Below, piece by piece: positions 51,180-59,956 of a stretch of 64,000 nucleotides of DNA; the stretch's first letter is position 1; every line of letters starts with the position of its first letter. The stretch is from Promethearchaeota archaeon (lineage in GTDB: Archaea > Asgardarchaeota > Lokiarchaeia > Sigyniarchaeales > SOKP01). The stretch covers positions 7,572-71,571 of the forward strand of contig JAEOTS010000122.1 in the NCBI GenBank assembly GCA_016839745.1, in the 5' to 3' direction. The position numbers and the translations under genes were made by a program. A model generated the notes under the pieces. That model saw only the letters and a program-made list of their open reading frames with translations. It searched no databases and was not told where the DNA came from.

Positions 51180-51785
51180 TTGATCGACACATATACTCAG
51201 GGAAAAGAAATCTTATTTACTTTTAAAACCGTAATAGTTGGTCCTCCTAGCGCAGGTAAAACTTGTCTTTTTAACCGTTTTTGTTTTAACTCTTTTAATT
51301 TCGACACTTCACTCACAATTGGAGTTAATTTTCACTCCATCGATCTAAAAATCCGTTCTAAAGATGAAATTAAAAACCCCAAAGAAACTTATAATGTGCA
51401 ATCAATTTTTGATTTTGGAGGTCAAGAAAGGTTTAAAGCTTTAATTCCAAAATTTTTAGGAGGAGCTAATGGTGTTCTATTAGTATTTGATTTAACAAGT
51501 AAAAATTCATTCGAACAGTTAGAATTCTGGTATAACCAAGTATTAGAACATGCTAATGGCTTAAATCTTCCAAAATTATTAGTTGGAAGTAAAAGCGATT
51601 TAATTTCATCTACCATCATAGAGAACCTTGTTACAGAAGAAGAAATATGTAATTTTATCCAAGAAAAGAATATGGATGGGTTTTTTAAAACATCAGCCTT
51701 ACAGAACCAAAATGTATTGACTGTATTTAAAGAGCTAAATAATTTGATGTTAAAGCATCAAAACACTCAATATGTTGTATGCTAA
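51180..51785 (+). CDS. Rab-like (Ras superfamily) small GTPase
   Basis: GPPSAGKT, TIGVNF, FDFGGQERF, LVFDLT, GSKSD, KTSA. Confidence 0.93.
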   Translation: MIDTYTQGKEILFTFKTVIVGPPSAGKTCLFNRFCFNSFNFDTSLTIGVNFHSIDLKIRSKDEIKNPKETYNVQSIFDFGGQERFKALIPKFLGGANGVLLVFDLTSKNSFEQLEFWYNQVLEHANGLNLPKLLVGSKSDLISSTIIENLVTEEEICNFIQEKNMDGFFKTSALQNQNVLTVFKELNNLMLKHQNTQYVVC

Positions 51786-51802
51786 TATTCTTCTTTGTAA
51801 AA

Positions 51803-52876
51803 CTAAAATTCTCTCATATACATAAAGTCGGAGAATTCATTGAAGAATGTTTTCTGATTTTTGTTAAGATCTGGATAAATATTTCTAAGCGACACTTTTG
51901 CTTGGTTTATTAGATTTTTAGAGAAATGCTCTGCTATTATCACAGCGTTAGTTTCGGCAAAAATTGTCTCAACAGTCTTAACATCACTTTTACTTAAATC
52001 TTCTAAATGATATATTTCATTTAAGGTCTTTGATTGATTTTCATCTGTATTTTGAACAGCAAATATGTATATTATTTTTTTCTTCCTTGCTTTAATATCA
52101 CTTTTAATATCAATTATATCATCTCGGATCGCAAATGCCTGACCCATTAGGTTCATAGCATTACTTAAAGGTTCAATTTGATAATGAAAATTGCCTTTAG
52201 CCAAGATAGCTCCAATTTTTACAGATTTTTCAAGCAGACTTGCTCTTTGCATCTCTGCGATAGATAAATATTGCTCTAAAGACATGGTAATATTGTGATA
52301 ATTCATATATTCTTCTATAATTTGCCCTTTCATTAATCTATCCATTGCTGCTGTATATTCATTTATAGCCTGCAATTTTAAATTATCGGAAAATCTCGAA
52401 GTTTTAAGAATGTTTAATCCTAAAAGATATCCCTGTGTTCCACCTAATATACTCATGTCTCTCCCATACATCTTAATTATTTCTTCTTTATTCGGAAGTT
52501 CTGTATTATTGTATACTTGGTTTAATTCATTTTCGAGTTGAACATGAAAAGTGGGTTTACCTCTTCTCTCCAAATCAGCATCAATAAGATCGTCATATAT
52601 TAAGTACCCACTATGTAGCAACTCCACCGATAAGGAGACTTTCCTGATTTGATGTAATTGAGTATCCATATTAATAGGATTTACAATACCTACAAATGCA
52701 GCAATCAATAGAATTGGATGAAGTCTCTTTGCTTTCTTATTTAGAATGAAATCTTGAAGATGAGCAATAAAATCCTTTAATAGAATCTCTTTTTCTATAT
52801 CGTTTAAATAAGAGAAATAATCTTCTAATTCATTATCAATAGCTTCTTTCTCAGATTTCAGGAATTCTTCTATCAT
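51803..52876 (-). CDS. polyprenyl diphosphate synthase (trans-isoprenyl diphosphate synthase family)
   Basis: KRLHP, first Asp-rich DDLID...RRGKPT, GQ, second Asp-rich DDIID. Confidence 0.9.
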   Translation of the reverse strand: MIEEFLKSEKEAIDNELEDYFSYLNDIEKEILLKDFIAHLQDFILNKKAKRLHPILLIAAFVGIVNPINMDTQLHQIRKVSLSVELLHSGYLIYDDLIDADLERRGKPTFHVQLENELNQVYNNTELPNKEEIIKMYGRDMSILGGTQGYLLGLNILKTSRFSDNLKLQAINEYTAAMDRLMKGQIIEEYMNYHNITMSLEQYLSIAEMQRASLLEKSVKIGAILAKGNFHYQIEPLSNAMNLMGQAFAIRDDIIDIKSDIKARKKKIIYIFAVQNTDENQSKTLNEIYHLEDLSKSDVKTVETIFAETNAVIIAEHFSKNLINQAKVSLRNIYPDLNKNQKTFFNEFSDFMYMREF

Positions 52877-53004
52877 TTTTAATCATTGCCTTTGTTTAAC
52901 TAATTCCTATTTATAATAATTAAATGATAATTTATTTACTTGTGTAAACAAGATTTTTATTATTGTTCTTCCAATATTTCTTAAATCTGTAAAGTAAAAT
53001 AAAA

Positions 53005-53010
53005 AGGTGA
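53005..53010 (+). promoter_or_regulatory. Shine-Dalgarno AGGTGA preceding the putative ATT start at 53018
   Basis: Same motif and same 7-nt spacing as the SD of the 30370 gene. Confidence 0.6.
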
Positions 53011-53017
53011 TTTTAAT

Positions 53018-53527
53018 ATTCTAATAGCAGTTTTCTCAGATTCACACGATCATCGAGATAATATTTTAAAAGCAGTTTCTATAATAAACGATAAAAAAGT
53101 AGATGCATTAATTCATTGCGGTGATTACGTTGCACCTTTCGTTAAATTATGGTTCAATAAACTCAATGAATCAATAAAAAAGCAATTTTTTGGCGTTTTC
53201 GGAAATAATGATGGAGAAATTCTATACCTCACACAAAACTTAGGTCAAATTTGTGATTTTGCAAAAAATGGTCATGAGTTAATAATTGAGTTAGGAGGAA
53301 AGCGAATTTTTGCTTCACACATGCCTAAACAAGAAACCATTGATGCATTAGCAGAATCTGGAAAATTTGATATTATCTTATCTGGTCATACCCATAACAT
53401 GGTAAATCGGAAAGAGAATGGGGTGTTAATAATAAATCCCGGTGAACTCTGCGGATATTTAACGAATAAATCAACATTTGCAATTATTGATACTGAAACT
53501 ATGAATGCTGAAATTATTGAAATTTAG
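53018..53527 (+). CDS. YfcE/MJ0936-like metallophosphoesterase (169 aa), putative ATT start
   Basis: (I)LIAVFSDSHD...IHCGD...FGNNDG...ASH...SGHTH...INPGE. The track's 53321..53527 ORF is only the C-terminal part; in-frame TAA at 53000-53002. Confidence 0.88.
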   Translation: MLIAVFSDSHDHRDNILKAVSIINDKKVDALIHCGDYVAPFVKLWFNKLNESIKKQFFGVFGNNDGEILYLTQNLGQICDFAKNGHELIIELGGKRIFASHMPKQETIDALAESGKFDIILSGHTHNMVNRKENGVLIINPGELCGYLTNKSTFAIIDTETMNAEIIEI

Positions 53528-53592
53528 TAACAGTTCAATTTATTCGTTTTCTTAATTTTTTTATAGCAGTAAGCTTTAATCTATATTATATT

Positions 53593-54810
53593 ATGAGTCT
53601 CCCCTTAGAAGGTAAAGTTGTTATTGACCTTGCTCGGATGCTACCTGGACCATATGCCTCAATGATATTGGCAGATCTTGGTGCAGAAGTTATAAGAGTT
53701 GAGGATCCTAAGTATCCATACGCAAGTCCTCCACCATTTTTTCAGAAAGGTAGGTATCGTGAGAGTGCATTTAATTCAGTTATAATGAGAAATAAAAGAT
53801 CTATAGCACTTGATTTAAAAAAAAGTCAAGCTTTAGAAATATTCTATAAATTAGTAGAAAAAGCAGATGTTATATTAGAAACTTTTAGACCAAAAGTTAC
53901 AAATAAATTAAAAATTGATTATGATACATTATTTAAAATTAATAAATCAATAATTTATTGTTCATTGACAGGGTATGGTCAATACGGACCTTACGAACAA
54001 ACAGCGGGTCATGACTTAAATTACATTGGAATTTGTGGGATATTAGATTTAAATAAAGAGAGAGAGTTAGAAGAGAAAAAAGATCAAGAAAGAAAACCTA
54101 TTCTCCCTGGCGTGCAAGCCGCTGATATAGGAGGAGGATTGGTTTCAACAATTGGAATACTTGGAGCTTTACTTGAACGAGAGAGAAATCCCAAAAAAGA
54201 GGGTCAATATATTGATGTTTCTATGACGGATTGCGTTTTTTCTTTTATGCCTATGGCGGCTGCTTTTCAATTTTCTAAAGGTAAAAACGACGGTATGACT
54301 AAACCAAGAAATCCTTTGCACGGGGAAGTTCCATTTTATTCAATTTATAAAACCAAAGATAATAAGTATATGTCTGTCGGTGCGATTGAGGTAAAATTTT
54401 GGCGTGGTGTATGCAAGGGGCTTGGGCGGGAAGATTTAATACCAAAAGGAAATGTGTTGGGAATAGAAAAAGAGGAAGTATTCCGCGAAGTTCAAAATGA
54501 ATTTTTAAAGAAAACCCAAAACGAATGGATGGAGATTTTTTCAAATATTGATGCTTGCGTTATGCCTGTAAAAACTTTCAGTGAAGCATGTGAAGATCCA
54601 CAAATTAAATCGCGAAACATGGTTGTTGATATGAATCATCCAAAATTTGGTAAAATTCAAAATGTAAACTCGCCAATTAAATATTCCAGAACACCTTTAA
54701 CAATAAGGAGTTTAGCACCGCAAATTGGTCAAAATACAAGAGAAATTCTGAAGGAGCTTAACTACTCAGAAGAAGATATTAAAAATCTTAAAAAATCGGG
54801 AATAATTTAA
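53593..54810 (+). CDS. CaiB/BaiF family (class III) CoA transferase
   Basis: LPGPYASMILADLGAEVIRVE, RNKRSIALDLK, GYGQYGP, AGHDLNY, ADIGGG, APQIGQNT. Confidence 0.95.
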   Translation: MSLPLEGKVVIDLARMLPGPYASMILADLGAEVIRVEDPKYPYASPPPFFQKGRYRESAFNSVIMRNKRSIALDLKKSQALEIFYKLVEKADVILETFRPKVTNKLKIDYDTLFKINKSIIYCSLTGYGQYGPYEQTAGHDLNYIGICGILDLNKERELEEKKDQERKPILPGVQAADIGGGLVSTIGILGALLERERNPKKEGQYIDVSMTDCVFSFMPMAAAFQFSKGKNDGMTKPRNPLHGEVPFYSIYKTKDNKYMSVGAIEVKFWRGVCKGLGREDLIPKGNVLGIEKEEVFREVQNEFLKKTQNEWMEIFSNIDACVMPVKTFSEACEDPQIKSRNMVVDMNHPKFGKIQNVNSPIKYSRTPLTIRSLAPQIGQNTREILKELNYSEEDIKNLKKSGII

Positions 54811-54910
54811 AGTTCAAATTTTTATTTAAACATAATTTTATTTAAGAAAATTATCATAATAAAGTAAAGAGGTTAGTATTACCTCATCTGAGTTTATATA
54901 AGGCAAAATT

Positions 54911-56443
54911 ATGACTGAAGAATCGCGTAAGAATGAAGATCGTGATAATGTTGAAAGGAAAGAAGCCACACAAGATAAAGATAGCGAAATAAAAAGGGGT
55001 AAACCCGTAGTTCTCAAAGCAGAGGCATATAAAACAATAATATTATATGCTAGTAGATACGCAAATCAAGCTATACCTTCCGAAGACTGGAAAGAAATAT
55101 ACGGTCTTTTAATCGGATTTTACGACGATGATTTCTTATATGTCGAAAGAGCAATTCCAATGACATATGGTCACGACACAGATGTAGAATTTAGCGAAAC
55201 CGATTATGGGGATGTTGAAAAAATACACGAGGAATTAGATAAAGAAGGCAAAGGATATTTTATCGTTGGATGGTTCCATTCTCATCCAGGTTTGACCTTA
55301 TTCTTTTCATATATTGATCTTATTAATCAACTTGGATTTCAGGGCAAATTTAAGGATGCTATAGGATTGGTTTTCGATCATACTCTTCTTGGAAAGAAAA
55401 GGGAAGAGAAAATTGATAACAATATTCTAACTAAATATGACACGGGATTTGAGATATATCGGTTAACTGATGTAACAATGGATTCTAATTCCGTTGAGTT
55501 TGAGACTAATTATCATAAAATCGATTATATTGTTGAAGGATTAAATAAATTCTTTTTTGCAAATGTTCTCGCGGAGTTATCTTCTTTAGCTTCAGCAGGA
55601 AAACCACTTCAAGAAGCCTTTAAGGAGCATTATAGGCTAGAATCAGATTATAAAGATATTGATGGAGTGTTAGAGGACTCAAATATTGAATTATCACAAG
55701 AAAATCTTGTCGATATCCCTTTATCAGAAGATATTAAATTCAACGTTGACGATATTTTTTATGAGACTATTATTGATAGCGATAAAATAAAGGAATTAGC
55801 GGATAAAATTATTTACGAAGGAAATCAAGCTTTTAAAAACAAAGATACTTTTACGGGTATAGAAAAATATCGCCGGGGCATTGAAAAATATAAAGAAATC
55901 AATGATGTGAACCGGGTAATGGATTTGTTAAGAAAAGTATCAAGATCTTGCATAGCCAACAATCATCTAGTGATTGCCAGAGAATTCGCTGATGAATTAT
56001 TTAATCTAGCAGAATTTAACAATCAAATTTTTTATAAAGGTATAGCAAATTATATAATAGGTTATATTATCGTAAGAGAAGGAGACATAGACGTATTAGA
56101 ATATGGTTTGAAAAAAATTGAAGAAGCAGCTGTAGATTTTATAAAAGTTAAAGATTTTGCTGGCGCTGGAATGGCTTTTAATAAAATTGGATTGAGTTAT
56201 GAGAAAAAGATTAAACAAATTGGAACCGCATGCCTTTTTTATCGGGAAGCTATAGAAAATTACAATAATGGCTTGAGTTATAGTCACCCGCTACGAATTA
56301 CCCCATGGAGCAAGCCAGAAGTTCTGATTGAAAAAATAATAGAATTGAGAGATATCATTGATGTTCTGTTACCAGATATAGAAAATTCTGAGATAAAAAA
56401 GAAGGTTGTTAATGATCTGAAATCCATTCATTATAATTTTTAA
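54911..56443 (+). CDS. JAMM/MPN+ metalloprotease (Rpn11/CSN5-like) fused to C-terminal TPR-like helical repeats
   Basis: KEIYGLLIG, VGWFHSHPG..LFFSYID..NQ..FQ, IGLVFD; C-terminal TPR-like EGNQAF...GIEKY and AGMAFNKIG repeats. Confidence 0.88.
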   Translation: MTEESRKNEDRDNVERKEATQDKDSEIKRGKPVVLKAEAYKTIILYASRYANQAIPSEDWKEIYGLLIGFYDDDFLYVERAIPMTYGHDTDVEFSETDYGDVEKIHEELDKEGKGYFIVGWFHSHPGLTLFFSYIDLINQLGFQGKFKDAIGLVFDHTLLGKKREEKIDNNILTKYDTGFEIYRLTDVTMDSNSVEFETNYHKIDYIVEGLNKFFFANVLAELSSLASAGKPLQEAFKEHYRLESDYKDIDGVLEDSNIELSQENLVDIPLSEDIKFNVDDIFYETIIDSDKIKELADKIIYEGNQAFKNKDTFTGIEKYRRGIEKYKEINDVNRVMDLLRKVSRSCIANNHLVIAREFADELFNLAEFNNQIFYKGIANYIIGYIIVREGDIDVLEYGLKKIEEAAVDFIKVKDFAGAGMAFNKIGLSYEKKIKQIGTACLFYREAIENYNNGLSYSHPLRITPWSKPEVLIEKIIELRDIIDVLLPDIENSEIKKKVVNDLKSIHYNF

Positions 56444-56546
56444 TTTTAAAATAAATTTAAATATATAATTCCTATTTTGGAAGGGAACAATCAAAAAAAT
56501 TAAATTTTAGGATATATTTATTTTATTACATACTTCTTTTGGTTGG

Positions 56547-57233
56547 TTGACTATTCCACGTAAAAAACAAAAAATAAAATTTTCTCGCAAATTTGCTTGT
56601 AAACATCTTACTCCTATGGGAGATATCGCAAATAGTTTACAACCATTATGCAGTTGCCCAGAAAGAGATTTAATTCTTGGTAAAAAAGCCTATGTCTGTC
56701 AAGTTTGCACACTTTATGTGCAAACCGGTCAGAAAGTTTCAGAAGTTTATGAAGAGAGTAGAAAAGGTGCAGAAAAAAAAATAAAAGAGAAAAAAATAGA
56801 ATTAGAAGCATTTGAACTAGCCGAACTTAAAGGTGACAACGATCTCGACTTAACAATTGACGAATTTGAAGAAGAAGAGGAGGAAGAAATTCCACTAAAA
56901 TTTGAAAAGAGAAAATTGGTAAAAGATGAGGTAGAAGATGCTGAGGAATTTACTGAGGTTGAATGCCCATTTTGTGGAGAATTATTTGATGATCTACGAG
57001 CCCACTTACCAAATTGCGAATTTGCTCCCGAAGACGCAAGCATAGATGATATTATGCCTAGTAGAAAGAAGAAGAAAAAAGCAAAACCAGCTTCAGAAAA
57101 GGATACTAAAGAAAAACAGGTTTGTCCTTATTGCGGAAAAGAATTTGTTCGATTAGGGCGTCATCTTACATCCTGCCCAAAAAAACCTGAAGATGTTGAT
57201 GAAAAGGAAGAAAGCGGAAAAAAAAAAGCCTAG
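56547..57233 (+). CDS. acidic/basic low-complexity protein with N-terminal Cys cluster and two C-x2-C-x9-H-x3-C zinc fingers
   Basis: CPFCGELFDDLRAHLPNC and CPYCGKEFVRLGRHLTSC; N-terminal CKH...CSC...CQVC. Confidence 0.75.
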   Translation: MTIPRKKQKIKFSRKFACKHLTPMGDIANSLQPLCSCPERDLILGKKAYVCQVCTLYVQTGQKVSEVYEESRKGAEKKIKEKKIELEAFELAELKGDNDLDLTIDEFEEEEEEEIPLKFEKRKLVKDEVEDAEEFTEVECPFCGELFDDLRAHLPNCEFAPEDASIDDIMPSRKKKKKAKPASEKDTKEKQVCPYCGKEFVRLGRHLTSCPKKPEDVDEKEESGKKKA

Positions 57234-57318
57234 GAAGATGAATGAGAATACTAAAATTTCCTTAATTTAGTTTGTACTTTATATATTTTATATCCCTGGT
57301 CTTATCTTACTAATTATT

Positions 57319-58245
57319 ATGACGCATAATGAAAGAATCTACTATTGTGAACCAGTATTTCGCCCCCCCTCAGAACATAATTCTCTATTAATTCAATTAA
57401 CTGAAGGATGCACTTTCAAATGCGATTTTTGCATGTCAAATCTTAGAAAAAACTTTAAAATTAGATCAATTAAAGAAGTTAAAAAAGATTTGGATATAGC
57501 AGCGAATAAACGGTTTAGTTCTTCCATAAGTAAACTTTTCTTTTTAGACGGAAATGCAATGGTAACCCCAACTGAAAAGCTCTTAGAACTTACTAGGTAT
57601 GCTATTAAAAAACTTCCAAAATTGAAAAGAGTGGGGGTTTATGCTCATGCTAAGGATATTTTGAAGAAATCGGACAATGATTTGAAAGAGTTATCAGATG
57701 CTGGATTAAAAATTGCTTATGTAGGGTTCGAAAGCGGATATGATGTTCTACTTAAAGACGTTCATAAACATGCTACGAAGGCGGATTATATTAACATTTC
57801 TAAAAAATTATTTAAAGCCAACATCACCCTATCTGCTACCTTCATTAATGGCCTTGGTGGAGCAGGAAACGAGGATGTTTCTAAAGCTCATGCTCTTGAA
57901 TCGGCGGATTTAATAAATCAAATTTGCCCCAATGATGATAGAATATGGTATATAGCATTTTTATCACTTATGATACCCCCCGGAACCGTTATGTATGAGA
58001 AGAAAATAAGGGGTGATTTCATAGAAATGAACTCTAATGAGATTTTAAACGAATTGAAGATTTTCATTGAAGCGATTAACTTTAAAAATAAAGGTGCTAA
58101 TTGTATTTTTAGGTCGAACCACGCTTCTAATTACTTACCAATAAAAGGAACTTTAGAAAAGGATAAAGCCAAAATCTTAGAAGTTATTGATTTTGGATTT
58201 CATCATAAGGAAGCATTAAGACCTGAATATTACCGTGCGTTATAA
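57319..58245 (+). CDS. radical SAM protein (paralog of 50076..50984)
   Basis: FRPPSEHNS, GCTFKCDFC, YVGFESG, FRSNHASNY, LRPEYYRAL. Confidence 0.9.
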   Translation: MTHNERIYYCEPVFRPPSEHNSLLIQLTEGCTFKCDFCMSNLRKNFKIRSIKEVKKDLDIAANKRFSSSISKLFFLDGNAMVTPTEKLLELTRYAIKKLPKLKRVGVYAHAKDILKKSDNDLKELSDAGLKIAYVGFESGYDVLLKDVHKHATKADYINISKKLFKANITLSATFINGLGGAGNEDVSKAHALESADLINQICPNDDRIWYIAFLSLMIPPGTVMYEKKIRGDFIEMNSNEILNELKIFIEAINFKNKGANCIFRSNHASNYLPIKGTLEKDKAKILEVIDFGFHHKEALRPEYYRAL

Positions 58246-58253
58246 GATTAATT

Positions 58254-59000
58254 TTACTTGTTAAAAATCACTATGTTATTGTATTTTGTGTATTGTTTAA
58301 TAGGACTTCTCTGTTTGTTAATAATTAAATTAATAATATCTTCAACCCTCTCAGGAGTTATTGATAACATTTCAGAGATTTCTCGTAATGACAATCTATC
58401 GTAATTCTTAGACATTAAGTTAAATTGAATAAAAAGCAGATTTTGGAAAATAGTTGAAACTAAATATTTCAAATTTGGAAAGCTATCAACTTTATAATCT
58501 TTAACGAATTTTATAATTTTCCCAGAAGCATCGTAATAGTTTAGAACTTTATAAGAACTAATGATAGTATACAATTTCTTAATAAAAGTGAAATATGTAA
58601 TGATATTATCTCGTAAATCGTAAAGATTATACTTGTTTAAATTGTCATCTACCTCATTTTTGAGCATTGCTAACAATTTTAAGAAGTCTTCCAAATTAGT
58701 CTCAGTAAGGGATTCCTTCAAAAGATTATTATATCGCCTAAGGTAAATATTACGATGGGTATCGAATTCACTAAGAACCTTCTGCCGGATTTCACTAAAT
58801 TCTTTTAGCTCATGTTTTAAATCGAAGTAGGATTGAAATTCATCTATTAAAGTTAAGGCAGAATCTATTTTCGTTAAAGCAGATTTGAAATCCTCAATAT
58901 CTATTTTTTTTGACACAATTGATTGATAAATATTTAATTCTTCAATTAGCTCCTTTTTCTGCTTATATTTAGCGAAATTACTATTAGAGGTCATATTCAA
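58254..59000 (-). CDS. helical protein with C-terminal PCI-like winged helix
   Basis: MSKNYDRLSLREISEMLSITPERVEDIINLII matches the PCI consensus Y..ISL..LA..L....EEVE.....I. Confidence 0.6.
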   Translation of the reverse strand: MNMTSNSNFAKYKQKKELIEELNIYQSIVSKKIDIEDFKSALTKIDSALTLIDEFQSYFDLKHELKEFSEIRQKVLSEFDTHRNIYLRRYNNLLKESLTETNLEDFLKLLAMLKNEVDDNLNKYNLYDLRDNIITYFTFIKKLYTIISSYKVLNYYDASGKIIKFVKDYKVDSFPNLKYLVSTIFQNLLFIQFNLMSKNYDRLSLREISEMLSITPERVEDIINLIINKQRSPIKQYTKYNNIVIFNK

Positions 59001-59134
59001 TTAGGAAAAAAAGGCTTTACGTATACCTATAATAACATTTATGATCAATCACTAATTTAAATTTTAAGATGAAAAATAATGGTTATATTAATTTCAAAAA
59101 GAAAAATAAAAATTTTTATATTTTTATTAGTTTC

Positions 59135-59956
59135 TTAATCATCTTCAGTTTTGTTTGTTTTGTTTTGATCTTTTTCTGTTGCTTCTTCAAGTTTTTTTGC
59201 GTCATCTTCAAGGGCTTCTACTTCTTCCTCTAATTCTTCTACTTCTTCCTCTAATTCTTCTACTTCTTCTTCTAATTCTTCAGCTTCTTCTCCTAATTCT
59301 TCTGCTTTTTCTTCTAATTCTTCTGCTTCTTCCTTTAATTCTTCTGCTTCTTCTTCTATTTCTTCTGCTTTTTCTTCTAATTCTTCAGCTTCTTCTTCTA
59401 ATTCTTCTACTTCTTCCTCTAATTCTTCTACTTCTTCCTCTAATTCTTCTGCTTCTTCTCCTAATTCTTCTGCTTTTTCCTCTAATTCTTCTGCTTCTTC
59501 TTCTAATTCTTCTGCTTTTTCCTCTAATTCTTCAGCTTTTTTTTCGATTTCTTTTGCTTTTTTCTTTGCTTTCTTTATCTTTTTCTCAATTTTAGCTTCT
59601 ATTTCTTCTGCTTTTTCTTCCACTTTTTCTTCTAGTTCTTTAGCTTTATCCTCTACTTTCCGATCAAGTTTTTCAGCTTTTTTCTCTATTTTTTCATCAA
59701 TCTCTTTTGCTTTAGCAAGAAATCCGGGTTTTTTATTACCTGGCCATGCGATATTTACAAAAAGCCCGAGGGAGACTATTACAACAGCTATAATAATATA
59801 AACGATTAAATTATCTCGAGGAAAGAATTGTAAAACATACTCCATCCAAATTATCATAAATGTTCCCATCGGACTTACAATTGGGTACAAAAAGGTCAAA
59901 ATAGCTGCAACTATGTCGGCAATAACTTGGATAAAATCGATAAGTAGGAGAATCAT
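59135..59956 (-). CDS. N-terminally membrane-anchored protein with acidic 11-mer and 7-mer helical repeats
   Basis: Hydrophobic N-terminal ~70 aa, then AKEIDEKIEKK-type 11-mers and 16 (A/V)EELEE(E/K) heptads. ATGA overlap with the upstream gene. Confidence 0.8.
   Translation of the reverse strand: MILLLIDFIQVIADIVAAILTFLYPIVSPMGTFMIIWMEYVLQFFPRDNLIVYIIIAVVIVSLGLFVNIAWPGNKKPGFLAKAKEIDEKIEKKAEKLDRKVEDKAKELEEKVEEKAEEIEAKIEKKIKKAKKKAKEIEKKAEELEEKAEELEEEAEELEEKAEELGEEAEELEEEVEELEEEVEELEEEAEELEEKAEEIEEEAEELKEEAEELEEKAEELGEEAEELEEEVEELEEEVEELEEEVEALEDDAKKLEEATEKDQNKTNKTEDD
59201..59536 (-). repeat. coding tandem repeat, 16 x 21 bp
   Basis: Unit on + strand ~TTCTAATTCTTCTGCTTCTTC; units 3-7 and 11-15 encode the same 35 aa. 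Confidence 0.92.

Noticed and set aside
53321-53527. 68-aa ORF as a stand-alone gene
   Set aside because: It is the C-terminal part of the phosphoesterase whose conserved motifs begin at ~53018.
847-57043. Numerous 60-150-aa ORFs nested in or antisense to long genes (e.g. 2816..3154, 15748..16161, 38836..39195, 50215..50658)
   Set aside because: They overlap well-supported genes and carry no motifs; treated as shadow ORFs.
59201-59536. Tandem repeat as a possible CRISPR array
   Set aside because: Units are contiguous, in-frame and lack unique spacers; no cas genes in the window.
59155-59595. 146-aa Leu-rich ORF on + strand
   Set aside because: Antisense shadow of the Glu-rich 21-bp repeat; no independent coding evidence.
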